DNA from: a virus
Lineage: Duplodnaviria > Caudoviricetes
DNA: 60,966 nucleotides
Strand: one strand, 5' to 3'
IMG/VR virus record: IMGVR_UViG_3300017963_000051
Location: 1 to 60,966 of that record
The stretch's first letter is position 1. Each line of letters opens with the position of its first letter. Position numbers and translations under genes: made by a program. Positions 18,376 to 28,900 of this stretch are shown here, in pieces. The notes beneath the pieces are model-generated. The model did not search any database. It was given only the letters and a program-made list of their open reading frames with translations, and had not been told where the DNA came from.

Positions 18376-19115
18376 GTGTCGCTCCCGAAGCCGAAGGCTT
18401 CCATCATGACCGCGTCCACGTCTTCCACAGGCTTCTCCACGCCCATGAGCACCATACGCTCTTCCCGGTACCAGTCCGGGTGTGGGATTCCTGCTCGCTG
18501 TGCCGCGTGCACGAACACGTCGTTTGCATTCTCCTCGGGTTTGGGAATGCCGCTCTTCTTCGCCTCTTTGTAGAGGTCCGAGAGAGCCACACGCATCCGG
18601 TCTCGGTCAGCTCTGCGACGCTGCCCCATCTCCGCCACCGCCACAGCAGAGCGCTTGCTCGGGAACTTCAGCACGAGATGCTCGCCGCGGTAGAGGTGGT
18701 GCTTGCTCCCGTCTTTGCGAAGACGAAAGCCCCCAGGAAGATCCTCCCCGTAAATCAGTTTGTTGAGCCTGATCGCCGTCGCCGACAGGGCGTTAGATGC
18801 TCTGCGGTCGAACGCCTTGTCCCCCCGTCCCTCTTCCGCCTGTGCGTCGTAGCTGTTCGACAAGTCCAGGAGAAGAGCCGCCACCTTTTTCTGATCCGGA
18901 AGACTGCTCGGAACCTTCAAGCGCCCGCCTTTGGGATACCTCACACCTTCAGGACCCTCGACCCTCCCCCACCCTCGATCGAAGCTGCGGGCCAGGGCCC
19001 GATACGCCATGGTCTCCTCGCGGCTCAGCCCATGACCTTCCGGGTCGCGGGCAAGCTCCACGACATCCGTCTCGATGACCGAGATCACCGTCTCAGGAAC
19101 CTTGACGTACGGCAC
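18372..19115 (-). CDS. Hypothetical multi-domain protein
   Basis: Coupled ORF. Confidence 0.65.
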   Translation of the reverse strand: MPYVKVPETVISVIETDVVELARDPEGHGLSREETMAYRALARSFDRGWGRVEGPEGVRYPKGGRLKVPSSLPDQKKVAALLLDLSNSYDAQAEEGRGDKAFDRRASNALSATAIRLNKLIYGEDLPGGFRLRKDGSKHHLYRGEHLVLKFPSKRSAVAVAEMGQRRRADRDRMRVALSDLYKEAKKSGIPKPEENANDVFVHAAQRAGIPHPDWYREERMVLMGVEKPVEDVDAVMMEAFGFGSDT

Positions 19116-19124
19116 GGCAGACCC

Positions 19125-19475
19125 CTACAACGACAGGCCCGGGGGCGTCAGGGCCTTGCCGAGCATCCGGGCGATGCGAGCCGCCAGATCTTCGAGCGCA
19201 TCCATCAGCTCCGCTCGACGCACCGCGATGGCTTCGAGCTTCGCCGTGGTCCCGTCCCGGTACGCACGCCAGTCCTCGGGCGAGAGCCGAAGCGCCAGCG
19301 CGACCTTGGCCTCGCGCGTGTCCCCAGACCGGAGCGCTCGCACGACGTCTCGAAGCTCGTCCTCCGCCAGCTCCGCGAGGTTGTCCTGGTTCTCCTCGAA
19401 CCAGGTTTTGCCCACGCCACGTAGCCCGCTGAGAATCTCCTCGGGCCTCCCCTTGATCCACTCTTTCACGTCCAT
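19125..19475 (-). CDS. Hypothetical helical protein
   Basis: AGGAG RBS. Confidence 0.65.
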   Translation of the reverse strand: MDVKEWIKGRPEEILSGLRGVGKTWFEENQDNLAELAEDELRDVVRALRSGDTREAKVALALRLSPEDWRAYRDGTTAKLEAIAVRRAELMDALEDLAARIARMLGKALTPPGLSL

Positions 19476-19489
19476 CTTTTTCACTCCTG

Positions 19490-20119
19490 CTAGGACCCCT
19501 GCAAAAACGGTGTTGACCAAGGATCTTCATCAGCTTGCTTTTTGAGCAAAGCAAACAAGTGGTTGAAAGAAGCAAGTCCATTCCCCATCCACATGCCAAC
19601 CTCGTGTTTTGCACGATTATCGTGGTCCGAGAAAGTCTGCTCCAACAAAAGTCGAGGTCTCTCAGGGTAGCCAGTCACGAAAACCTTGACGACTAAGTAT
19701 GCCTTCTCTCCCGGGTACTCTAGCGTGGTGATCTTTACCGGCGTGTACCAGTCTTGATCCGGTATGAGCGCCAGTACCTTGTCCAAGAAAGCAGTTTCTT
19801 CCGATTTCCCGCGAGGAGGAATGCTCCACTGCCAGTCCCCCGGCCCAGCCGGAAACTCGTGATCCTTGGGGTGCCACATCCCCGCCTGATAGTAGGGATT
19901 CATCCAAGCCGGAGGCAGCGAAGAGGGGATACCCGGAGACGGAGTCTCCTCGGGCGCTACGTCGACATAATACGCTGGCGCACTGGCTTCCTTTTCCAAG
20001 AACTCTGACAGATCGATACCGCCCAAAACGTCAAAATCCGCCTGCGAACCCTTCCGGCTCGACGCGAAGAAAAGCACGAGACCGCCAGCCCCGAGCAACC
20101 AAGGCCACATGCGCTTCAT
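19490..20119 (-). CDS. Membrane-anchored hypothetical (virion?) protein
   Basis: WPWLLGAGGLVLFF anchor; lower-GC body. Confidence 0.7.
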   Translation of the reverse strand: MKRMWPWLLGAGGLVLFFASSRKGSQADFDVLGGIDLSEFLEKEASAPAYYVDVAPEETPSPGIPSSLPPAWMNPYYQAGMWHPKDHEFPAGPGDWQWSIPPRGKSEETAFLDKVLALIPDQDWYTPVKITTLEYPGEKAYLVVKVFVTGYPERPRLLLEQTFSDHDNRAKHEVGMWMGNGLASFNHLFALLKKQADEDPWSTPFLQGS

Positions 20120-20156
20120 GGGTGCTTCCCCCTGGACATCGTCTTCTCCCTCATGC

Positions 20157-20723
20157 TCATGCCGGCGCCAAAATGAAGTAGTCCGAAAGAGGCACCGTCA
20201 CCGGAGCCCCGAAAGTGTCCTGGTTACCCCGACGCTCCAGCGACCACGCGACCGAGTCTCCAGGAATGGCCGCCGAGATGTCGAAGGTCGCCGAAGCCCG
20301 AAAACGTAACAGGGAGGCGTTGGCGGGGACGCTCAAGGGCACCACCGTGACCGACGACGGGGTCTGCGTACCGTCGATGCGGTCTCCATCGCTCACCAGG
20401 GCTCGGTAGAACACGAACAGGAGGTCGCTGGCCGCCTGGTCGAGATTGCCCAGCACGTACTCCCAATGGTAGGTAACGGGCTGCGAGATGTCGGCATTTT
20501 CGGGGATGCGGAAGATCCCCGAAAACCGCTCGATGACGCCGTCGCGGAACTGCGACTGGTTGGCCCGCACCTCGAAGACGCCGATGTTGAGCGTCTGTCC
20601 TCCCGGGACGGCGCTGGGATCCGCCCCCCGTCTCGCCTCGATGCGGATCGGTGCGGCCGACACTGCCTTCGCCTGCGGGACGAAACCCACCGTCGTGCGG
20701 ACTGGATCTGCCGGCGTCACCAT
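20157..20723 (-). CDS. Beta-rich structural or receptor-binding-like protein
   Basis: Alternating hydrophobic beta pattern. Confidence 0.6.
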   Translation of the reverse strand: MVTPADPVRTTVGFVPQAKAVSAAPIRIEARRGADPSAVPGGQTLNIGVFEVRANQSQFRDGVIERFSGIFRIPENADISQPVTYHWEYVLGNLDQAASDLLFVFYRALVSDGDRIDGTQTPSSVTVVPLSVPANASLLRFRASATFDISAAIPGDSVAWSLERRGNQDTFGAPVTVPLSDYFILAPA

Positions 20724-20736
20724 GGCTCAGCTCCCC

Positions 20737-21270
20737 CTACGGGTACTTCCCCCCGGGCTGGTGCCCGGTCGCGTTCATGACGGCTGCACTGAACGTGCTC
20801 TGGTCCCCGCGAGCCCACTGGACCCACGCCCACACCTGCGGCCCCCCGAGCCCGTCCACCTCCATGCGGTCGTACTCTTCGAGCAGAGCCAGCGTCGCGG
20901 GGATCCCCGCAAAGATGTTCTCCGCCGCTCGCACGTCCGTCTGAAACGCTTTCAGGGCCGTGCGGTAGGCGTCGGTCGCCTCACCGTCCCGGTTCGTCTT
21001 CCGGTAGCCGAGGGCGTACAGAGCGTTCTGGAGCTTCTTCCGCGCTGCCTTCCTCGGATCACCCTCGGGGAGCGGCGGGGGCGGCTCTTCGCCCGCCTCC
21101 TCCTTCTCCGCCACCTCCAGGTCGCCGAGGAACAACGCCTCCAGCTCCGGGCCCTTCAGATCTCCCTCGGGCTCCTCGGGCTCCTCCTGCGGCGTCTCCC
21201 CGCCAAGCCCCATGAGGATGAGCAAAGCGCCGCCGATGGCGAGCCAGTGCCACGACTTCTTCAAGCTCAT
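20737..21270 (-). CDS. Membrane-anchored protein with peptidoglycan-binding-like domain
   Basis: KLQNALYALGY..DG..ALKAFQ..VDGLGGPQVW. Confidence 0.75.
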   Translation of the reverse strand: MSLKKSWHWLAIGGALLILMGLGGETPQEEPEEPEGDLKGPELEALFLGDLEVAEKEEAGEEPPPPLPEGDPRKAARKKLQNALYALGYRKTNRDGEATDAYRTALKAFQTDVRAAENIFAGIPATLALLEEYDRMEVDGLGGPQVWAWVQWARGDQSTFSAAVMNATGHQPGGKYP

Positions 21271-21274
21271 GGCC

Positions 21275-21856
21275 CTACTCCCCTTCCGTCTCGGAAACAG
21301 TTTCGGGCGCACGCTCAGGCTCAGGCTTGTCGCGCTTGACGATGTCGTCGATCAGCTCGGCCTGACGAGCCATGGCGCGCAGGTCTTCAAGCGGGACCGG
21401 GCACGGGTCGATCTCCGCCAGCTCGCAGCGCTGGAGGATGACGTTCGTCTGCACTGCGTGGTCCTCCGCCGGCACCTTCAGCGTCTTCGAGAGGCAGCCG
21501 GAGAGCACCAGGGGCACGAGCACAAGCAGCGCCGCGGTCGACCCCGAGCCCTTCTTCGGCTTGCGAGCGTTGAGCTTGTCGAGAATCTCCTGGCCCGCAG
21601 GACCAACCTTCGCCAGCTCGTCGAGCACGAACTGCACGTCGGTGTCGCGGCGACGCTCGAAGATGTGCCGCACCGCTGCCGCTACCGCGAACACGCCCAT
21701 GGCGATGGCGGCGAAAAACGATTCGTCGAGGCCCCACTTCGCAGCGAGCCCGGAAGCCACCGCGATCGTGGTCACCGTCGAGAGGATGGACGCGAGGATG
21801 TCCTGGCTCTTCTCCGCCGGGGCTCGCTCGATGGGGGTACGTTCGGCCTGTGCCAT
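21275..21856 (-). CDS. Holin-like membrane protein with internal lipobox-like segment
   Basis: Two TM helices, then LLVLVPLVLSG-C and CxxxxxxxC. Confidence 0.6.
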   Translation of the reverse strand: MAQAERTPIERAPAEKSQDILASILSTVTTIAVASGLAAKWGLDESFFAAIAMGVFAVAAAVRHIFERRRDTDVQFVLDELAKVGPAGQEILDKLNARKPKKGSGSTAALLVLVPLVLSGCLSKTLKVPAEDHAVQTNVILQRCELAEIDPCPVPLEDLRAMARQAELIDDIVKRDKPEPERAPETVSETEGE

Positions 21857-22194
21857 GCGGCCGAGTTTACCACAAACCAAAAGGAGAAGAGCCGGACTTC
21901 GGTGGCCGGTCACCATTCTTCCCCCCAAGATCTCCGCCTGCGCCCTCGATAGCCCGTTTCGGTGACGGGTCACCAGTAACGAACGCGACAGGTCGTCGCC
22001 TCTCCCTCCCCCGTCATGGCAGCGTTTCGCTGCAAGGCCCATAGAGCTGGCCGGGCCGGAACCCTCTCGTCAGGGAGGTTCCTGGATCTACCACGTACCG
22101 GTCACGAAGAGAAGACCCGCGAGAATCCAGACCACCATCCCCACTAGCATCAACGCGATCGGGCCTTGGAGGACCGGGTCTCGGGCCGTATCAT

Positions 22195-22494
22195 CTAGTG
22201 CTCGCCAGACTCCTCGCGGGTAGGAATCGGATGCACGCCCGTCACTTCCTCTCGACCTCGGACTCGTTCGCGCCATCTCTCCAACGAGGCTATCCGCTTC
22301 TCGTGATCCTGTCGACCCACCCGCTCTTCAGCAAGTGCTTTCTGGACCTGCGAGAGCTGCTCCCGGATGCGACCCACCGCCATGAAGGCGCCACCGATGA
22401 CTGCCATGGGCGCCACGATGGCGAGCACCGTCCCGAGCACGAGGCCCGTGGAGATCTCCGGTAGTGCCTCAGCGGCGAGGGCGTAAGCGCTCAC
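22195..22494 (-). CDS. Single-TM coiled-coil protein (lysis accessory?)
   Basis: TM followed by DHEKRIASLE. Confidence 0.65.
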   Translation of the reverse strand: MSAYALAAEALPEISTGLVLGTVLAIVAPMAVIGGAFMAVGRIREQLSQVQKALAEERVGRQDHEKRIASLERWRERVRGREEVTGVHPIPTREESGEH

Positions 22495-22568
22495 CCCCCT
22501 ATTTCAGCGCGAACCGGCCCCCGGGTCAACCTGAATAGGGCAACCCGGAAACCAGTGCGGCCGAAGCG

Positions 22569-23123
22569 CTAGCGCGGGTAAAGCGCTTTGCAGATATCCT
22601 GCATCCGGATGATCGACCACAGGATGTCGTCGAGGGCCCGGTGCGCCACATGCTCGGGGCGTTTTGCGAGGCGGGAATCCTGGAACCCCCACCGCTTGTA
22701 CCCCTCCATGAAGCCAGACACGTCGAGGTGCCGGTGCGAAAGCGCCTTGTCCAGCTCCGGCATGTGCTTGTGGATGAAACCCCGGTCGAAGTGCACCGAC
22801 TGCCCCCCGAGCAGGGGCTTTTTCCCCTCGGGCATCCACCGCTCGATGAGCCCGAGGATCTGGCACTCCGCATCCTCAACCGTCACCTGCGACGCCTTGA
22901 CCTCGTCCCACAGCCCCGACTCCCCGTGCGTCACCCGACACCAGTCATTCATCTCGCCCCACAGGTCGTCTGCGAGCTTGTCCCTCACGACCTCTTCGAC
23001 GATGCCGATAGGGAGGAGATTCGGTGTCGTCATGACCGCCGCAACCTCGATGATGGAGCAGCGCTCAGGGTCGAGCCCCGTCGTCTCCAGGTCGATCCAC
23101 AGGATGTTGTGTTCGTGCTTCAT
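22569..23123 (-). CDS. orn: Oligoribonuclease (DEDDh)
   Basis: WIDLETTGLD, IIEVA, GQSVHFDRGF, HRHLDVS, HRALDDI. Confidence 0.92.
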   Translation of the reverse strand: MKHEHNILWIDLETTGLDPERCSIIEVAAVMTTPNLLPIGIVEEVVRDKLADDLWGEMNDWCRVTHGESGLWDEVKASQVTVEDAECQILGLIERWMPEGKKPLLGGQSVHFDRGFIHKHMPELDKALSHRHLDVSGFMEGYKRWGFQDSRLAKRPEHVAHRALDDILWSIIRMQDICKALYPR

Positions 23124-24067
23124 GCTGTCAGAACCTCTCGGATGCTCTTCGCCTTGTCGTGGGCCTTGAAGTCCCATCGGATATCGGCACCGAGCTTCGG
23201 CGCGATGTGGTCCACGAGGATCTCCGTGGGGACTCGGCCGGGACACGGCTTGTTCGTCCACGCCGCGTGGATCGTGAACTCCAAGCCCTGGCGGAAGTGC
23301 CCCTCCCTCATGCCCTTGTTCACCGTGCGATTGACGTGCTGAAACATGACGTGCTCGTCGTACTCGTCGAACCGCGAGTGCGCGTCGAAGCACATCGACA
23401 GATAGTGCGTGTTCGCCCCGTGCGAGGCCCACGTAACCCACTCGAAAGGCAGGTTGAAGTACAGCACGCCAGGCAAGGTCGAGATGACCTGATAGGCCAC
23501 GCCGTTGTTGTACTCTCCGGGAGGATCGCCGATCCACCGATGCTTCAGCGCCATGAAGTGCTGGTACTGCTCCCGGGTGATCTCCAGATTCGGCTTTTGG
23601 AACCAGCCGCTATCCAGCGGTGCGTCCGCGTACAGCTTGCGGCGGCTGCTGTGCGTCCCGAAACCCCCCCTCACCGCCGAGTGGTGGAAGCACAAACCGC
23701 GCTTGTACGTGAGCCGGGTGCTGCCCGTCGTGTCGCCGAACGTCGTGTGGGGGCTGTACCACTTGACCTTCCCGCGCTTGCTCACGGGCGTGTCGCGGAG
23801 GTCAATCACCGCAAACAGCTTGTCGCCGGAGACCCCTTCGCTATCCCCTGCTTCCTTCGCGCGGTTCTCCTCGGTGATCTGGAGCGCTCGGTCGGCGTAG
23901 TGTCGAAGCTGCTCGCTCTCCTCGAAGAGCCGCTGCGCCACTTCATCGCAGAGCATCGCCGCGCCTGCATCTTCGAGGTCTTGTCCTCGACTCTCAGCGA
24001 TGCCCCCAGCCCCAGCCACGATCTGTGCCACGTACTGGAGCGTCTCAATGTCCTTTTGTTCTGCCAT
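23120..24067 (-). CDS. Endolysin-like amidase (Amidase_2) with helical N-terminus
   Basis: CFHHSA, WASHGAN, IHAAWTNKPCPG. Confidence 0.75.
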   Translation of the reverse strand: MAEQKDIETLQYVAQIVAGAGGIAESRGQDLEDAGAAMLCDEVAQRLFEESEQLRHYADRALQITEENRAKEAGDSEGVSGDKLFAVIDLRDTPVSKRGKVKWYSPHTTFGDTTGSTRLTYKRGLCFHHSAVRGGFGTHSSRRKLYADAPLDSGWFQKPNLEITREQYQHFMALKHRWIGDPPGEYNNGVAYQVISTLPGVLYFNLPFEWVTWASHGANTHYLSMCFDAHSRFDEYDEHVMFQHVNRTVNKGMREGHFRQGLEFTIHAAWTNKPCPGRVPTEILVDHIAPKLGADIRWDFKAHDKAKSIREVLTA

Positions 24068-24230
24068 GCCTTCTCTCCTTCAGTAGCTTCGTGGCCGCCT
24101 CCGCCGCTTCCTCGTGCGACCGGAAGCCATTTCGGAAGTCTCTCGACCCGTCGGGCCAGGAGATCACGTATCCCCACGAGACCCAAGCGTTGCCCTCGTG
24201 GCGGAGGATCTTCAGATCAGTCTGTCTCAC
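24045..24230 (-). CDS. Hypothetical protein
   Basis: Fits operon. Confidence 0.55.
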   Translation of the reverse strand: MRQTDLKILRHEGNAWVSWGYVISWPDGSRDFRNGFRSHEEAAEAATKLLKERRHGRTKGH

Positions 24231-24573
24231 TGCCCCAGACTGAGCGCTCTGCGTCCGTCAGCGGTCGCCCGAGCATGTCTTCTGCCCAACCATCCACCAC
24301 CGCCTCCAGGCAAAAGAGCAGGCTCCGAAAGTCGGGCATCTTCTCGTCGACCTTGAGCTTTTTCGCGGTGTCGAGATCCGCCACGTGGTAGCCCCCGTCC
24401 CGAAGCTCCTCCCGATTCGCATAGACGATACGTCCGAAAGACACCGCGCCCGGGGGAACGTGCCCGCTGCCCGAGTGCTCCTCCTTTTCTCGAACACGAA
24501 AGTGCGCCCACACCTCGCGGACAATGTCCTCGCGGCAGCGACGGGCGATCTCCTCTTCGACGGGGTCACTCAT
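24217..24573 (-). CDS. Hypothetical protein
   Basis: Fits operon. Confidence 0.6.
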   Translation of the reverse strand: MSDPVEEEIARRCREDIVREVWAHFRVREKEEHSGSGHVPPGAVSFGRIVYANREELRDGGYHVADLDTAKKLKVDEKMPDFRSLLFCLEAVVDGWAEDMLGRPLTDAERSVWGSETD

Positions 24574-24895
24574 CCTCGGCCTTCTCCTTCTTCCCGAACA
24601 AGCCGCCGACCGCCTTGCCGAAGCGCTCGCCCATGCCGCCAGCCACCGACCCCGAGAGCAGGCCGGGGCCGAACGTCATCGCCAACTCGATGCCCTGGTC
24701 GACGCGCTCGTTGAGCTTGACGATGCCGTCGCGGATCTCCTCCAGGTACACCGCACACGTCGCCGTGGCGAACACCTGGCCCGCCGCTAGCGTCGTCTGC
24801 ACATCCTGTGTGGCGAAGCCCTGGCGCATCACGTGAGCGCTCTGGCGTCGCAGGGCCTCCAGGGGGGTCAGTTCTTCTTTCTTCTCGTCGGTCAT
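24566..24895 (-). CDS. Hypothetical protein
   Basis: GAGG RBS, coupled. Confidence 0.6.
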   Translation of the reverse strand: MTDEKKEELTPLEALRRQSAHVMRQGFATQDVQTTLAAGQVFATATCAVYLEEIRDGIVKLNERVDQGIELAMTFGPGLLSGSVAGGMGERFGKAVGGLFGKKEKAEDE

Positions 24896-25488
24896 GATTC
24901 CACCTCGTTCCCCCACACGTCCCACCCGTCACGCGGGCGACGGGCAAACATTTCGAGGCGAGGGCCGGGGGAAGTTGACTCCACCACCTCGAAAATCGCT
25001 TTGGGTTTGACGCTGTGCGCCTCTCTCGGCGCCGCCACCACCGTGGGGCGCCGGTCCTTCGGAACGGGCACATGCGCCGTCCCTCGCCGCCCGAATAGCA
25101 CCAGCTCGTGCGAGCCGCGGGCGTACTGCCCGAGCCCCACTTGCAGCATGTTCGTGAGGGCTCCGGCGTTGTCGTGGCCGAGGGTGAGCCCCTGCTTGAC
25201 CTTGACCCACGCGAGGTTCAGCTTGTACGCGAACCCGAGCGCGTCCATGAGCTGAAGTCCCGCCGGAAGGTAGTTGTTCGTGACGGCGATCCACAAGTGC
25301 ATCGGTCTGCCCTTGCGCCTGTCGTGCCCGTCGAGCACAGGAGCGAGCACCCGCTGGTGCAGCTTGACGATGTCCGGCACCTTCATGACGGCATAGTGCC
25401 GATCCGCCCCCCGCTTGATCTTTCCTCCACCCCGCTCCGGCCAGGGCGGGTCCGTGAAGATGCACTGGTAGTTGTTGCGGGGCAGCAC
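24892..25488 (-). CDS. MT-A70 family adenine methyltransferase
   Basis: DPPW, HYAVM, GLGQYARGSHEL, HSVKP, LEMFARR..GWDVWGNE. Confidence 0.93.
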   Translation of the reverse strand: MLPRNNYQCIFTDPPWPERGGGKIKRGADRHYAVMKVPDIVKLHQRVLAPVLDGHDRRKGRPMHLWIAVTNNYLPAGLQLMDALGFAYKLNLAWVKVKQGLTLGHDNAGALTNMLQVGLGQYARGSHELVLFGRRGTAHVPVPKDRRPTVVAAPREAHSVKPKAIFEVVESTSPGPRLEMFARRPRDGWDVWGNEVES

Positions 25489-25688
25489 TAGAAGAACTCC
25501 ATCGACGTCAGCAGCTTGTCATACGCATCCACCGCAGATACCGAACTCTTCCACTGGTGCATCCTGTTACCGCGCGAAGCCGCTGCCACGTAGAAGCCAG
25601 CGCTGCGAAACCCGTAGAACCTCCATCCCGCGTGCAGGTAGATGTCCACTTCGGAGATCACAGGGTCGGCAAGTAGAGGATGGTCCAT
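25488..25688 (-). CDS. Hypothetical protein
   Basis: 3' part of a listed ORF; start uncertain. Confidence 0.4.
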   Translation of the reverse strand: MDHPLLADPVISEVDIYLHAGWRFYGFRSAGFYVAAASRGNRMHQWKSSVSAVDAYDKLLTSMEFF

Positions 25689-25752
25689 GCGATGAGTGCG
25701 GCTCCAAGCGCGTATTCCATGTAGAGCGGTAGTCCGGTCCGGCCTGTCGGAC

Positions 25753-25787
25753 TTGTGGATATCATAGTCAGATAGTACCATCAACAC
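25753..25787 (+). promoter_or_regulatory. Promoter TTGTGG-N17-TACCAT with degenerate operator TAGTCAGATAGTA
   Basis: -10 lies 6 nt before the ATG of the RHH gene. Confidence 0.6.
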
Positions 25788-25997
25788 ATGGGAACGAAAA
25801 AGAGCAAGCCGGCAAAGAAGCCGGCTCCTGTGGCCGAAGACGCGAAGCCCCGTATCTCCGTCGTGTTCACGGAGGACGAGCGCCACGCGGTGCGCATGGC
25901 CGCGGCAAGCTACGACCTCTCCATGAGCGCGTTCATCAAAACGACGCTTGGAGAGGCCGGGATCTTCGACGACATCGAGAGCGAGTACCGCCCCTAG
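25788..25997 (+). CDS. Ribbon-helix-helix transcriptional regulator (candidate repressor)
   Basis: PRISVVFTEDERHAVRMAAASYDLSMSAFIK; lone counter-oriented gene. Confidence 0.8.
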   Translation: MGTKKSKPAKKPAPVAEDAKPRISVVFTEDERHAVRMAAASYDLSMSAFIKTTLGEAGIFDDIESEYRP

Positions 25998-28900
25998 GCG
26001 AAGTACACGACCTTGGCCTTCGGCTGCCGCTTCTTCGTAGCAGCCTTCTTTTTCGGCTTGGCGGGCTTGTCCCGCCGCTTCGCCTTCTTCGCCGCTGCGG
26101 GCACGCCAGGCACCTCGCAGGTCGTTTTGGCGTGCACCATGCGTGCCGCGTTCGAGCGGGCGATCGGGTCCTTCGCCGCGTAGACGGAGTGGCACCCGCG
26201 GGTGCCCACCCGCATGACCTTGCCCTTCAGGGCTCGGCGCATCTTCTGGGCCTTGTAGAGCGAGATCCCAAAGTGCTTGGCAAGCCCCGGGTCCGTCGCC
26301 GGGGTGCGCTTCAGCAGCTCCAGCATCGCCTCCTGGCACTGCTTGTCCGTCATCTCCTTGCGCTTGCCCTTGGCGGCGCGTGACGGCTTCTTCGGCTTGC
26401 TCGGGGCCTTCTTCGCGGGCTTGGCCTTCGGCTTGCTCGGGGCCTTCTTCGCGGGCTTGGCCTTCGGCTTGCTCGGAGCCTTCTTCGCGGGCTTGGCCTT
26501 CGGTTTGCTCGGGGCCTTCTTCGACTCGGGCTTCGGCACATCGAACGCAAACAGACCGCCCTGGGCCTTGCGCATGGCTTCGATCTCCGCCGCACGCTTG
26601 GCACGGGCGCTAGCTTCCCCTCCCGCAGTGTCGCGGGCGCAGCGGTCGATCTCCTTGCGAGCATCCACCACATCCTCGCCCTCGAAGTCCACGTCCCACT
26701 CCAGTTCTGCCATCATGCCGTCAATGGCATCCTGGTAGGACTTCTCCGCCGCCTTGAACGCAGCGACCTTCGTGTCGTAGGTCTTCGTCCCACGCCTGGC
26801 CTTGACCGCCGTCTCGCCGGCCTTCTTCGCCTTCAGAAACGACTTCAGCACGGGGGCAAAAGCCCGCTGCACATCCTGGCGAAGTTCCCGGGAAGGCGTG
26901 TTCTCGTCCCGGTGCCACATCTCCCACTGGTAGAGAGCGGCCGGACAGGCATCGAGCTGAGCGGCACGGGCAGCCTTCTCGCGGGCCTCCCGGCTCATGC
27001 GGGGCGCCTTCTTCTTCCCCTTCTTCGGTTCGCGCTTCGCAGCGGCAGCAGCCTGCTCCTTCGCCTCGCGCTCCTTCCGGGCCTTCTCTGCGGCCTCCAC
27101 ACGCACGCGAAGCTCCTTCATGAAGGTGTCCACGCCGCTGCGACCGTCAGCGCGCCCGAGGAAGTCATGAAGCCGGTTCGCGGAGTTGTCCACACCGCGG
27201 TCGTACAGGTCGCCGTACGTGCGAAACGGCTCGGCCCGCTTCATGAGAGCCTCGGCCGCCTTGCGCTGCGCGTCCGTCACCGCGAACTTCGACATCCCTC
27301 CAGCCTTCTCGGAGATCTTCGCCACCTGCTCCGCGGCGTACCAAGCCGCGTTGGAGATCTGGCGCTGCCAGGCCCCTTCGTTCCGACTCCAACGGAAGCC
27401 ATAGGACTTCAGGGCCTTCTTCTCCTCGTCCGTCGCCCGGCGATCGTACTTCGTGCGCATCTGCGTACGATTCACGTCCGGGTTTTCGACGATCTCCCAA
27501 TCGCCGATCTCCGTCTGACGTGCCGTCCGCTCCGCTCGCTTCTCCAGCTCCTCGATGCGCTCCTTGACCCGGCGAATGTTCGCCCCGAGGTTCGAGAGCA
27601 CGTAGGAGGGGTAGCCCTTCTCGGGCTTGTGGTAGCTCGCCGAGGGGCCGAGGTACTTGGCGATCCTGGAAATGGCTTCCTGGTCACCCTTGCGAGCCAG
27701 ACGGCTGAACCGCTTGATCTGTTCTCGCTGCGCCTCCATGTAAGCCAGCTTCTTCTGGAGCTTCTCCAGGGCCTTCGGATCGTCGCTGGAGATCGCCCCA
27801 GACGCTTCAGCCGCCGCAGCTCGACGCTCCAGCTCCTCCGCCTCCCGGCGGGCCTCCACCGACTTGCGGCTGTCCGCCTGGATGCGCTCGATGTCTCGGC
27901 GGTGGCGCTTCTCCGAGTGGTGCCCCTTCAGGATGGGCTGGCCCAAAGGAATCCGGCTCGCCCGCTCCCCTGACGACTGCCAACGCGCCTCCGCCTCGGC
28001 CTTCTTCTTCGCCGCCCGCTCTTCGAGCCGCTCGATGCGAGCCTCTTTGCGCTCTTCGTAGTCTTCACGACCCACCCCGAGCTTGCGGCCTTCGGGCTCC
28101 GCTTTCTGCTTCGCCTCTATGCTCGCAATCGCCTTGTCCACGACCTGCTGTCGCTTCTCCTTCGCCGTGGGGATCTCCCGCTGGCTGTAGTACGGCTTCG
28201 CCGGGTCATAGGCCCACACGTCCACGCCCACATCGGTGTCCCGGGGCTGACTCCAACTCGCCGCACGCCGGACCTCGCCCGTCTTCACGTCCACGAACAG
28301 GAACGCTTCTCCTGGCTTGTCCCGATCCCGGGCCTTCCGGCCCACCTTGGCCCAACGCTTCCCCACCACGTAGGCGAACTTCTCTCCGGGGATCTTGCTG
28401 TGCCTTTCCAGCCCCACCACGAGGCGGTCGAGACCCTCACGCATCTTCGGAGAAATCTTGTCCTCCCCCTTCTTCGGCTTCTCCTTCGGGGGTGGGGCTG
28501 GGATGTCCGTCGTCTCGACTCGGGCCCCCAACGACTGAGCCATGGACTGTGCCAGCGTCGGCTTGCGGCCTTCGGGCTCCGCCGGCTTGCGACCAAACTG
28601 TTTTTGCTCGAAGGGTCTGAGCAGCGGGTTGTAGTCCCAGACCTTGACTCCGATGTCCGCGTCTTTCGGAGCCTTGAAGCTCACAGCCTCTCGCACCTCG
28701 CCCGTATTCACATCCACAAATAGGAACGCTTCCGCCAAGGTTCCCGGGTGAAAGCTACTCTCCGGACCGATTTTGGCCCACTTCTTCCCCACCACGTACA
28801 GGTGGGGCCGCTTGGAGTGGTGGTGTTGTTGGAGCCCGGCCACGAGCTTGTCCAGGCCCTCCCGCACCTTCGGGGAGAGCTTGTCCTTCCCCTTCTTCGG

